From contig CAVNZM010000002.1 of NCBI GenBank assembly GCA_963693365.1, forward strand, positions 6,399,943 to 6,463,942: a DNA stretch of 64,000 nt, given 5' to 3'. The DNA is from Amoebidium appalachense (taxonomy: Eukaryota; Protista; Ichthyosporea). The position numbers were made by a program, and so were the translations under genes. The notes under the pieces were generated by a model. It was given only the letters and a program-made list of their open reading frames with translations, ran no database searches and was not told the DNA's origin. Positions 1-37,697 of this stretch are shown here, piece by piece. Each line of letters starts with the position of its first letter. Position 1 is the stretch's first letter.

Positions 1-24817
<24,817 letters not shown>

Positions 24818-25228
24818 GTTGGAAGAGCGGTGCGGCGTTTGAGCAGCCGCCTAGCTATGTGTGTGCTATTTATGCTACTTATACTACTTTCATGTTTCTA
24901 ACCAGAGTTGCGCTAGTTACATCACCCATAAGACTCGCTCGAAACAATGTTTACACTACTTCTTCAGACTGTGACATGTGCACGTGTACAGCGGGTGACA
25001 TGTGCGGATCGGGTTGAGTGGCTCACAAACTTTCCGATTAGGTATACGTAACATTTTGTTTGTGTGCCTATGCATGTCGTCATCGTTACTACTGTATCGC
25101 TGAGCCAAAGCGACAACAGGTTGCACACAAACATCACACATGTACACAGGCGCATGCAGGTGCCTTCTGATCATGACCTTCAAGGTGTCACCAACTTGGA
25201 CCAATTATTTTTAGCATAGAACCTAGAA
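24818..25228. promoter_or_regulatory. Putative bidirectional promoter and 5' UTRs between UTP20 and the bestrophin gene
   Basis: Head-to-head ATGs at 24817 (-) and 25229 (+) separated by only 411 bp. The gap lacks the long microsatellite and homopolymer tracts that fill nearby introns. Confidence 0.6.
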
Positions 25229-26811
25229 ATGGAGGAGCCACATAAAGATTTCCCGCTCCAAACCGCTCCCCTTCCCGAGTGGGGCACACGCCCATTATCG
25301 ATTATCCTCTCTGTGTGGCGTGTTACGCTAGCAGTGTGGTGGAGAGTGCTACTGTTTGTGTGTATAGACCTACTTTGGGGTATACCCTTTCTGCTGGGTG
25401 CCTTTTCCTCGACCATAACTATGTACGACACCTTTATTATACAGTTTTCCTCTTTTCTTCTCGCTTTTCTCATCCAAACGCGGCTAAACTTTGCCATCAA
25501 CCGCTACCAGCAAACCATCCTGCACTTTGTATACGCTTGTAATGGTATGGAGCAACTATCACAACTACTTCTCGGTTTGGTAGGTCGTGTGGGTAAAGCA
25601 AAAGCACCCAACACAGTCGATAAACGCACAGAGGCCCTCTCATTTGGTGGTCGCCGTCGAAACATGGACACTGGGGGGGTGACTCTCCTTACAGTAGTGG
25701 AGGAGCTAAGTGAGTTTATAGCTGTGTTTCCTGTTGCCTTGTTGTGTCGCTACACAAACAAGGATGGGTGGGTGGACTTTGTGTCGCTTGGCCTACCGCA
25801 AGAGTTGAATGAGGAGGCAAGCTTCTCCACAGAGGAGCCTTTGCAGGTGGGTTTCCGTTAGGATGTGGGTGTGGTTGTGGGTGAGGATGTGTGCATGTGT
25901 GAACGAATAAAGCAGGTGTGTGTGGACCAAGGGGAGGTGCAAATGGAGAGGTGAGAAGGATAAAGGTTTCTGAGAGCCGTACTGTCGTAGTGTGTGTGGA
26001 AGTGGGGAGGGGGGGAAGGGGGGGTGGGGGGGGGGGGGGGGAGGTGGTGGAGGGAGAGAGAGGGGGGGAGGGGAGGGGAGGGGAGAGGGGGAGGAGCAGG
26101 GGCAGCAAAGATGGCCCTTATTGTAGCAGGTTGGGGATGGATGGGTGGGTTTTTTGTTGTTTTCTTTTCTTTTCTTTTCTTTTCTTTTCTTTTCTTTTCT
26201 TTGCTTGTTTTCTTTTCTTTTTTTTTTTGGGGGGGGGGGAGGGGGGTCCTACTGCGATGTATGTGAGCGTGTATGTGTGTGGGTGTGTGTATCTATGTGG
26301 TGGTGGTGGTAGTGGGTGGACGGGTGTGTGTGTGTGTGTGGGCGGGGAGGGGGAACATTTCAACCCGTGCCGTGCACTGAAGGGGCATCGTAAGATCCCA
26401 ACCAGCTACTCTCTGTGCATTTTCGTGCCGTTATTTAAATCGCACTCCTCCGGTTGCTGTTTGCCTCCCCCCCCCCCCCCCCCCCCCCCGCGCCCCGCAC
26501 TTTTTTTTTCTGCACTATACCATGCTATTGGGTAGGACCATCCCCCCCGCCCCCCCCCCCCCCCCCCCCCCCCCCCACGCCCACTCCGTCAACACCTAAC
26601 CACCCACCCACCCACATACCCATCCAAGAAGATGATTTAACCGAACTTTGTTTACTGTGTATGACTCCTGCCCCGTCCCTGGGGGAATGTGCTCTATTTG
26701 TGTTGCATGTTTGATGTGCCTGCATGCTTTCTTTCATCATTTCTATCTCTTTTTTTAGGCACTATTTGCGTTTCAAATTTTCCCTGTGTGCAATTGTGCT
26801 TCGAACTGGAA

Positions 26812-26843
<32 letters not shown>

Positions 26844-27559
26844 ACCACCCCACCCACCCTCCTCCCTCCCCCCTCCTCCCTTTCCTTCGGCCCTTGCCTC
26901 ACTCCCGCCCAATCCCCTCCCCCCCTCCCCCCCCCCCCCCCACCCCACCCACCCACCCACCCTCCCCCCTCCTCCCTTTCCTTCGGCCCTTGCCTCACTC
27001 CCGCCCAATCCCCTCCCCCCTCCCCCCCCCTCCCCCCCCCCCCCCCCCCCACAAAAAAAAAAAAAAAAAAAAAAAAAAAACACGAGGATACCTCTCCCAG
27101 CCTCACATCCAAGCCACCATCTGACCCGTCTCTTTTGGTAAATGCTGTATGTCACCTTTGTACCCCGATTTCTTTGCCTGTTGCTATGCCTTTCCCATAT
27201 TGCATCAGGTCCTAATCCCCCCCCCCCCCCCCCCCCCGCCATCCCCTCCCCCCAGGGCCTGCTAGCAGCCATCACTCGGCGCATGGGGGTTCTTATGGAG
27301 ACGGAGGCGTTTGCGGGGTCCTATTGCAACGCATTTTGGCGCACGCTGCAGAACACCACCGACCGCATGGCTGGAATTAGCAGTGCCCGGCGTAGCCCCG
27401 TGCCCCAGGCCTACCGTGACTTTCTGGTGTTTCTGATCGACCTATTTCTGCTCGTCCTGCCTGTATTTGCCTGGCCTAGATACAGGTTAGTGGAGGGGGG
27501 TTATGGGCAAATACCACGAAGCTAGGGGATATTTAGGCTACCAAGTTGAGGGGTTGTTT

Positions 27560-27602
<43 letters not shown>

Positions 27603-27647
27603 GCGGAAGGTGCATACTTTATCCTCCCCTACACCCAACCCCAATGG

Positions 27648-27729
<82 letters not shown>

Positions 27730-28318
27730 CCCCCCCCCCCCCCCCCCCCCCAAACACACACACACACATATACACACACAGTAACACACACACAGGGTGT
27801 CAGCACACCAGCTGCCTTGCCTGGGTCTTCCATTTCCTTGTCCCTTGATTCTGACTCTCTGCACGCCATACCCAATCAACATCACGGTGTGATGTAGTTA
27901 CGTAACTGTTGGTATCTAATGTGTACATGTGTACTTACCTCGCCATGCCGTGCACGCACTAACCCCAGCCCGTGCACGCAGTTGGTACTCGGCGATTGTT
28001 GAGGCCGTGATGGCTTTTGTTCTGATTGGTCTGGTGGAGGTAGCTGACAGCATCAAAGAGCCCTTTGCCCACTTGGACCAGCAACTATTCACATCAGTGG
28101 ACCTGACCAAGGTGGCGTATAGGGCAGAGAGGGTCATCCGCCTGTCCTGCCACATGCTGCTGAAGGACCTGCGGGCATACAGTGATGTAGACGAGATAAA
28201 GTCAATGCCCACACTGACCCCCAGTGAGCTGACACCACGGAGGGAGTCCCACACGTTGTTTGTGGTCAGGGGGGATGCAGCCGTGCCGGTGGTGCCGGTG
28301 CCTGACACCAAAGCATAG
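25229..28318 (+). CDS. Bestrophin-family anion channel of the bacterial YneE/KpBest / plant VCCN (UPF0187) type, 3 exons, ~394 aa
   Basis: Exons 25229-25846, 27256-27485 and 27982-28318 (1185 nt; phases 0 and 2 join correctly). There are two N-terminal hydrophobic helices, then [17 protein letters not shown] (cf. LL.FR.N.AY.RW), RSPVPQAY followed by two TM helices (cf. ERI..TP.P.AY), and [13 protein letters not shown] (cf. G.E.....IEDPF). Confidence 0.8.
26846..27030. repeat. Two-copy C-rich direct repeat (~96-bp period) in bestrophin intron 1
   Basis: CCTCCTCCCTTTCCTTCGGCCCTTGCCTCACTCCCGCCCAATCCCCTCCCCCC occurs at ~26872 and ~26968. Confidence 0.85.
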
Positions 28319-29147
28319 GGGTTGCTGGGTGGTGCAGGTGGGGACACTGAGGACTCCCTCTTTTTTTTTTTCTTTTTTTTTTTTGCCTTCTTCCCGGTGT
28401 TATGGTGTGCGGGGTGCGGGTGCGGGTGCGGGTGCGGGTGCGGGTGTGAGTGCGAGCGCATGTGAGGGCGTGTGTGTTTGTGTGTGCAGCGTGTGTGTGT
28501 GTGTGTCCGTGTGTGTGTGTGTGCGTGCGTGTGTGCGTGCGTGCGTGCATGCGTGCGTGTGTGCGTGCGTGTGCGTGTGTGTGTGTGTGTGACACTGTGA
28601 ACATGTGGGTTTTCTTTTTTTTTTTTTTCCCCTTTCCCTTTTTTTTTTTTTTTTTTTTTCCCTGGAGGAGGGGGGGGGGGGGGGGGGGGGGGGTGCTGCT
28701 GTTTGTTTCCGTATGTCCGATGTTTCTGCCGCAGTAGTATGCACATCACCTGCATTAGACGTATCACAATCCTAAAGAGCATTGCTATCATGAGCCACAA
28801 CATCTGCGAATGATGATAAAGGGTAAATGTACTGAGTTGTGATGTATAATGAAACTGCATGTGTTAACGGTTACCAAGGGTTATTTCGATATACTAACGA
28901 ACAAAATTTATCATGTTGATAGGTAATAAATGAAAATACCGATTCTCCACTGGGCACCTGTGGGCACAGTCTTTTCCCATTACTTGCATCGAATAACACA
29001 CGCTAACTAACCAGCTATCACCAGGTATTGCACACCACGTGTGTAGAGCAAGCATGGATCAAACATCTTGCATCAGTTTCAGTAAGCACGTGTGCTTTGC
29101 AGAACTGCTGTTCACATCTTGCGGTACTTGTTCCCCCTCCCCCTCCC

Positions 29148-29178
<31 letters not shown>

Positions 29179-29316
29179 ACCGTAACACACACACACACAC
29201 ACACACCCCACACCACACAAACAACCCTCCTCCCCTTCCTCCCTCCCCCCCCCCCCCCTCCCCTCCCCCCTCAATAATGATGATAATATATGATATAAAA
29301 TTAACGATAATCATTA

Positions 29317-30143
<827 letters not shown>

Positions 30144-30663
30144 TATGTGGCCGTGGGCTATAGCTTTTCAGACTTGACCGTCGGACCTTCAAGTTGGTTG
30201 AGTCCGGGCTGAAAAGATGTACAGTATTACTTGCGGCATGTGCAACGTACGACTTCGTACACCTCCGCGGCCGGATCAGGGACCGGTCCCAAAGTGATTC
30301 GATGTGTAATGCTATTACGCGAACACTTCATTTTTATTGGCAAATTGCCAGATATCGATATGGTGTCTCATGTATGTATTACATATACCGGGTATAGCGG
30401 GGATTCCGACTTCGCCCCTAATAATACTATCACACGTACACTGTATGGCCTGTCAGTGAGGGCGGGCGGTGTATTATGATGCGCGAATTCTTCTATTATT
30501 TTACACCCGGTCCGGGCAAATTACAGTATGAATACGCGAGGGTCCCAGGCCCCAAGACGTATCCATGATCCATGTTGGTGGGTCGGTTTATCGGTTTATT
30601 GTTGTTGCACATGCGGCGGTGGTTGTGCATGCGCACGGGGCCACGGTGGGGACGGTGATGGGT

Positions 30664-30709
<46 letters not shown>

Positions 30710-30755
30710 GGGAGGGGGGGGGGGGGGGGGGGGGGGGGTCGGTGGGGTCGGAGAG

Positions 30756-31107
30756 GGCCCAACCACATCGGCCGAGTCAACTTGCTCCGAGCAGAATCAA
30801 TCTGCAAAAAGCAGGATTATTCTGCAACGAGCAGAATTATTCTGCAATCTGCTAAAAGCAATCAATCTGCTAAAAGCAGAAGTATTCTCCCAGAAGCAGA
30901 ATTATCCTGCTTTTTGCGGCCGGAATAATGCTGCTAAAAGCTGAATAATTCTGATTCAACCAGTTATAATCTGCTTTTGCGGAATGATTCTGCCCATGTA
31001 GAATAATTCTGCTAAAAGCAGAGTGATTCTACTTTTTGCAGATTAATTCTGCTTCTAGCATAATAATTCCGCCTTTTGCAAGTTGACCGTGCCGATGGGG
31101 TTGGGCC
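30756..31107. mobile_element. MITE-like element (~352 bp) with ~30-bp terminal inverted repeats and internal palindromic subrepeats
   Basis: Left end GGCCCAACCACATCGGCCGAGTCAACTTGC; reverse complement of right end GGCCCAACCCCATCGGCACGGTCAACTTGC. The interior is made of many GCAGAATTATTCTGC / TCTGCTAAAAGCAGA variants. No clear TSD. Confidence 0.8.
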
Positions 31108-31396
31108 ATTTGGAGGTGGGGGGGCCCGGGGCTTCAGTTTCATGCTAGACCTTGACCGAACCATGACCATGATCAGTGGAATACAGTGGCTAGTGAAAAC
31201 AACAAAAAAAGTAGGAATATAGCTAGTCTACAAAAAATTTTAATGAGTAGAATCCGTGATCATGAATCCTTTTTAATGTTGGTTGCCAGTTGGTTGGTTC
31301 ATGGTATATCTTGAATGATTGAATGTACCCGGGCGGGGCAGTGTGTGCGACACTGTGACGGTCAGTCACCGTGTGTGTGTGTGCGTGCGTGTGTGC

Positions 31397-31477
<81 letters not shown>

Positions 31478-31977
31478 ACGTGCGGTGACACTGTGTGTTT
31501 GACACGTACACGACGTCGACATGTGAGGTTATTGGCGGTTTTATTCTCTTTTCTTCCTCTCTTCCTCAATATATCCGTTTTAAGATGACTATCCTAGATC
31601 ACCTTATTAATGCTGCACAGTATGATATTGTGATCCGGTGCCTTAACTTTCTTTCGGAGCTACCGATGCTAGCCTCTGCTTACCCATAATATGTAATAGG
31701 GGTGTCATATACTACGATGGCGCTCATTGTTGCCTAGCATGTACATATGTCACTGGCTGCATTTGATTGGCTGCGCTGGAAAACGCAGTAGGCCGTCGAA
31801 GGTGGCTGGGCCTCCGGCAGTGTCCACGCAATAAAAAGTGTGTAAACCCCACATGTGCGTCCGTTTGCTTGTCACTATCTATGTGTGCATATGTTACAAT
31901 TGGTGTGTCTGTGTGTGTGTGTGTGTGTGACGGTCCCATGATGTGTGTGTGTGTGTGTGTGTACATGTGTGTACGGT

Positions 31978-32050
<73 letters not shown>

Positions 32051-32247
32051 CAGTGACACAGTGTCACAGCGCATATGCATGCACGCGTGTCACAGTGTGT
32101 ACATGTGTGTACATGTGTAGCACTGTACGTGTGTGTGCGTGTGTATGTCACGGTGTGCACGTGCGTGCGTGTGTGTACATGTGTGTGTGTGTATGTGTGT
32201 ACAGTGTGTGTGTACAGTGTGTGTCACGGTATCACAGTATGTGTGTA

Positions 32248-32331
<84 letters not shown>

Positions 32332-32514
32332 CACTGCGTGCGTGTGTGTGTGTGTGTTGTGTGTGTGGTACGTGCAAAGCACCAAAATTCAAGACACTTT
32401 GATTTAGACTGCTGTCTACTCACAAACTTTCAACCGCCACACACATTTCCAACTACCCACCGTAGTATTTATTGTAGCATAGTCAAGCTCCTAAAGGTTT
32501 TCTCCCCCCTGCAG

Positions 32515-34616
32515 ATGTGGATGATTGCGCCACTGTTGCCCACAACTGCACAGCCCCCAACGTTTGTGACAACAAAAATGGCACCTACGAGTGTGCCTGC
32601 CCAGAGGGCAAAGTCTGTGTGTGCACAAAACCGGGCTCCACACTCAACGAGGACAACACTGCCTGTGTCCGTACGTGACAACCCCCCCCTCCCCCCCCCC
32701 CCTTCCCCTCCTCCCCCCAGCCCCCACCTCCTGCCCCGCCCCTCTCGATCGTTCTCAATCTCTCTCACTGCCTCAAATGGAAGCACATAAAAAGAAAAAG
32801 CTGACCTATTTCACCGTACACCGTAAGCACACTACCACCAAACACCTCATCCCCTGACCCCTGCAGCCTGCGACCCCGTTCTACACTGCCAGCCTGATGG
32901 CACTGTGTGGCTGCAGCCCGGTAGCTGTGCCGGTGCCACGTGTGCCCAAGGCAGATGCAATGAGGGCTATGTGAACTCCGACGACCTGCTAACGTGCAAC
33001 GGTACCACCCCCCTTCCCCCCCCCCTCCCCCCCCCCCATCCCCACCTACCCCTCCCCCGACCCCACCAAACCCACCCACCCATCCACCCACACCCCTACC
33101 CCCATCCCATACCCCAACCCACTTCCACCCCATACTGCCCCCTCCACCTCATTCTCCTCCCCCCCCCCCCCCTCCCCCTCCGCCCCCTATCCCCCCTGAC
33201 ATATATTCGCACACGGTCAACTTCCCCTCTTGGTCTCCCACATGAAGCAAAGTGGAATCTCCCCATACCCCCGGTGTTGTCGGCGTGAGACGCTCCCTAC
33301 TCCTCGGCATAAGATACGAAAACACACACTCATGCACACACTCAGACACGTGCATGTGCACATGCATACACATTCTCACGCACTGCGCACAAATGCACTC
33401 ATGCACACACCAGGAACTCACACACATGTGCGCGCATGTGCACCCGCGCATCCACACAAACACACAGACACACACACGTACACACAACAGAAGGCTTTCT
33501 AAATTGAATAGGAAAGGTCACCTCTGCCCCTCATCACCCTCACTCTTCCCTCCCCCTCCCCCTCCCCCCCTTCTGCCCCTGGCTGCCTTTTTTCCAACAC
33601 AGGTCTCGTCTTGCTGGCCCTGTCTTCCCCCATATCCCCCCTCCCCCCTAGCGCTCAGCACCCCACTCCATTTATCCACGAATTAATAAAGAAAACACGC
33701 ACAGATGTGAACGAGTGTGCAGATGGGCCCAATACCTGCGACACCAAGGGCACGTGCAGCAACACTGATGGGAGCTACCAGTGCACGTGCATGACTGGAT
33801 ATGAAGGCAACGGGACAACATGCGCAAGTAAGAACATGCTAAAAAAATTTCTCCCTCCACCTGCCGCCATCTGTCTGCTTTTTTTTTTTTTTCTTTTTCT
33901 TTTTGTTTAAATTTAACACATTGGGGTGCAGGCATTAACGAGTGTGAGATCGGAAAACACAACTGCGACCCCCAAGCCGACTGCATCGAAACTGAAGACT
34001 CCTTCACGTGTGCCTGCAAGCTTGGATACACCGGCACCGGGTTGCAATCACAATGTGCAGGTGAGCTGGAGGGTTAGGAACACTGGGTGTAGTAATTTAG
34101 TGTATATATAGGACGCTATATCTCCCTTTGTAGTTCTGGTCTGCTGTTTGTACTGTGCATACAAGAAAAAAGCAATGAGCTTCAGTTGTTTTTCTCGTTA
34201 AACCGTCATCCAAAGCCATCTACTGGTCCCCAATCTCCTCCCCCCCCCCCCCCCCCCCTTCCCCCTCAGCATGCACCAACACTGCGGCGCACTGCACAAG
34301 CCCGCAATGGGCCGTGGCGGGAAGCTGTGACAATGCCACGTGCAGCGCTAAGGGGTGCGAGTCTGGCTACCAGCACGTCTTGGAGAGTGGCCTGTGTGTG
34401 GGTGAGTGCCTGCACGTGCATGCCCATAACACACGCATCAGGGGCTGGCAGTCTACATGCTGCATTCAACACCCATGCACTCTTGCATCACCTGGCTGCC
34501 TGTTTGCCAGCTGGAGTTTTGAGATCAGTGTCATGGTCATAGCGCCACCACTTTCTTCCCTCTTTGCTTCACCCTTCGAGCCCTAACCATCCCGTTGTTG
34601 TACACATCTGCCCCAG

Positions 34617-34655
<39 letters not shown>

Positions 34656-35124
34656 CCAAAAAAAAAGAAAAAGAAAGAAAATAAAAAGTTTTGTTTAATT
34701 CAAGCTAGTCTTGCCGTCCATCCCCCCCCCCCCCCCTCCCCCCCCCCCCCCAAAAAAAAATAAAAAAATAATAACAATAATAAATCTCGCACATCTCCCT
34801 ACAACACACATGCATAATGATTCTCTAACAGTGCTCTCATCCCCTGTAGATTTGAATGAGTGCACTACTGGTGCCCACAGTTACGTGGGGATACAATAGA
34901 ACATGATGCACCCACTTGGCATACCACATGCAATTGCAAATAACAACAATATAAATCGAAGTGTATATGCGTTTGCATGTGGATTTTCTTAGCAAAGGGG
35001 TAAAGCAATGGGAGAGAGGGAGAGGAGGCGGTGGGGTGGGTGGGTGGGTGGGTGGGTGGGGGGGGCGGGGGGAGAATGATGCAGGGGAAAGGAAGGCAAG
35101 AAAGGCCTGGGGTTGCTGGAGGGG

Positions 35125-35156
<32 letters not shown>

Positions 35157-35240
35157 AGGAAGGGGGAGGGAGAGAGGGGGGGGGGGGGGGGTGTATCCCA
35201 ACGAACTTCCCCCCCCTCCCCCCCTCCCCTCCCCTCCCTT

Positions 35241-35332
<92 letters not shown>

Positions 35333-35407
35333 ACTACCACCACCACCGCCAATCCCAGGCTGTCCAAAATTGCTCATACGTTTTGACCCGATCCAACCTC
35401 CCCCCTC

Positions 35408-35452
<45 letters not shown>

Positions 35453-36791
35453 ACAGACATTGATGAGTGCGCCACAAACAACGGCGGCTGCCACGCCGAT
35501 GCCACCTGCACCAACACGGCCGGTGCCCACACCTGCACCTGCAAGGAAAGCTACACCGGGTTTGGCGTCGAGTGTGCAAGTAAGTCGACATACCAAACAC
35601 ATTCCACTGAGAAGGTTTTGAATAAACTGGGCATGCCGAAGTTTTCTAATAGTTGGTTACTTGGCTTCTTGCGCCTAACTCTAGATAATAATAATTCGTA
35701 TTACATTCATGGGCCACTATCAAAAGATGATGAAAGCTCCAGGGGAGAAAAATTTCCGCTTTTATCGATACCTGCTAACAGTGATTTTTCACAGACATCA
35801 ACGAGTGTGCCGGCAAGGAGCCCTGGTGCAGTGGGAATGCCGCGTGCACCGACAGCCAGGGCTCATACACGTGTGCCTGCAACCCCGGATAGGATACACG
35901 GGGAACGGCACAACATGCACGGGTACGTGCGGCCAGAATAGAATACAGTTCAACCCACCGAACACCTTAGAGATTTTGACCTGTTGGCGTACAACTGATT
36001 TATCATTTCGTTTATTTTGATTTCATTGAAGGGAAACATTTAACGTGTCAATGAGCTTGGCAGGTGCAAGCATTTAATATCACCTCCACACCTAATGAAT
36101 TATGTCTGCTCATTCGATAATGAGTCGCTGCAGATTCATATTAACTCGATACTCACTGGATGATTTGATGGGTGCACAGATGTAGACGAGTGCAATGCGA
36201 CACCGAAGCCCTGCCACGACAATGCCACGTGCACCAACACTGCCGGCAGCTTCACGTGTGTGTGCAACAAAGGGTACGACGGCACAGGTCTGGCATGCAC
36301 CTTGATCGGTACGTACTGAGCCCAGTGGGTTGACTTCGCTACTTTCAGTCAAACGGTGTGGAGGGGAAAGGGGGGGGGGGGGGGGGGGGGTGGCCGGTGG
36401 GGTTTGGGGGGGGGGGGGGGGGAGAGGGGGGGGGGGGGGGGGGGGGGGCAAGAGGTTCTGGTACCAACCTGAAAAGGGCACATAGGGTACACACGCACAT
36501 GTGACTGTCACGGAATAGAAGGAATGTGGGTGTATGTGATTGTGTGTACGTGTGTGGAGTGGGGGGTGGGTGGGTGGGGGGGGGGGGGGGGGGGGGGAGG
36601 CGGAGGGTTTGATCATAGTCTCATGCAACATCACCTGTACAGAGGACCAGCCAGCCCCCGTCGAGTCCACCGCCCAGCCTCCAGCACCAACTGTTACACC
36701 CCGTGACCCATCAAGTGCTAAAGCAATATCCCATCTCAGTGGGTCCATTGCTCTGGTGGCTGCCCTGCTGTCTGTTTACCTTCACATTTAG
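32515..36791 (+). CDS. Calcium-binding EGF-repeat cell-surface protein with a C-terminal GPI-anchor-like signal; 5' exon not found, possibly a decaying gene or damaged allele
   Basis: Symmetric phase-1 exons: 32515-32670 ([13 protein letters not shown]), 32867-33001, 33705-33827 ([40 protein letters not shown]), 33932-34060, 34270-34401, 35457-35579 ([29 protein letters not shown]), 35795-35922 (frameshifted), 36180-36308 ([33 protein letters not shown]). The last exon 36643-36791 encodes a P/S/T-rich stalk plus hydrophobic tail (..[26 protein letters not shown]). No convincing signal-peptide exon was located upstream. Confidence 0.82.
34850..34899 (+). pseudogene. Truncated EGF exon remnant (pseudo-exon or alternative terminal exon)
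   Basis: A good acceptor (ctaac...cccctgtag) is followed by (D)[10 protein letters not shown], the start of a cbEGF module. Unrelated sequence then gives a TAG at 34897-34899. Confidence 0.6.
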
Positions 36792-37290
36792 ACTAAGTGG
36801 TTGCTGGGCTCTATGATATTTGGTTTTTCAACATATTTAGATCATTTAGGCTGCTCTCAGACTGACAATATGCACTAAGACTTTTCAGATGCTATGCTAT
36901 TTGGGTTTAGTAGTAAGTGTGCGAGACGTGTGACTGTGTCACGCAGTTAGCTGTACTCTTAAGTTTGCTGATTTCTCAGAAACGAGTTAACGAATCGAAG
37001 ACCAAAGATGTGGTGGAACTCCTGGACCAGTTTAGAGAAGCCACATGAAAACGGGCACACTTCTTCCTGCCTAATTGTTAGGCCGTATACAGTAGGGACA
37101 ATATTCAATCGGATATCCACGGTGCCGCCTATGCGGGCCCTGCTTAATTAGTTGGCTTTCAGCGAGAGCCAGGTTTCTCCGAATTAAACCTGAGGTTACC
37201 ATTGCAAGTTTTACCCCCCCCCCCCCCCCCCCCCCCGCCCGCCCGCCCGGCCTGCCCTCGATCCTGGGCCCATTCCCACCCCCTTCCCCC

Positions 37291-37331
<41 letters not shown>

Positions 37332-37666
37332 AAAAAAAAAAAACGCACCCCACCCATCCACACACCCATGCCTACGTACAGTATCCGCCCTAATTATATG
37401 TATGCCCAAGTAACAACGAGCTCAAGACACCGGTACCTATTGCATATCTGCAAATTTTTCGCTCTGGCTTCGATTTAAACTGCTTTATCAGACATGAGTG
37501 ACGTGTATTACCAGCTCCAGGAGGGCCCATGGCCAGTCCCGTGCACGGACCCTTTCTTTTAATCTTTTTCTCCCTCTAAGACTTTTCCTATTGAATAACC
37601 TAACGGAAAGAGTCCCGTGGGGGGGGGTGTTTTGATGACATCAGATCGAACAATTGTCAAGTTAAG

Positions 37667-37697
<31 letters not shown>

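Noticed and set aside
30219-30530. Possible Tc1/mariner ends (TACAGT...ACTGTA)
   Set aside because: The inverted match is only ~6 bp, with no extended TIR or transposase remnant.
31495-31790. Candidate first (signal-peptide) exon of the EGF gene
   Set aside because: The hydrophobic stretch has no in-frame ATG plus phase-1 donor, and nearby ATGs hit stops quickly.
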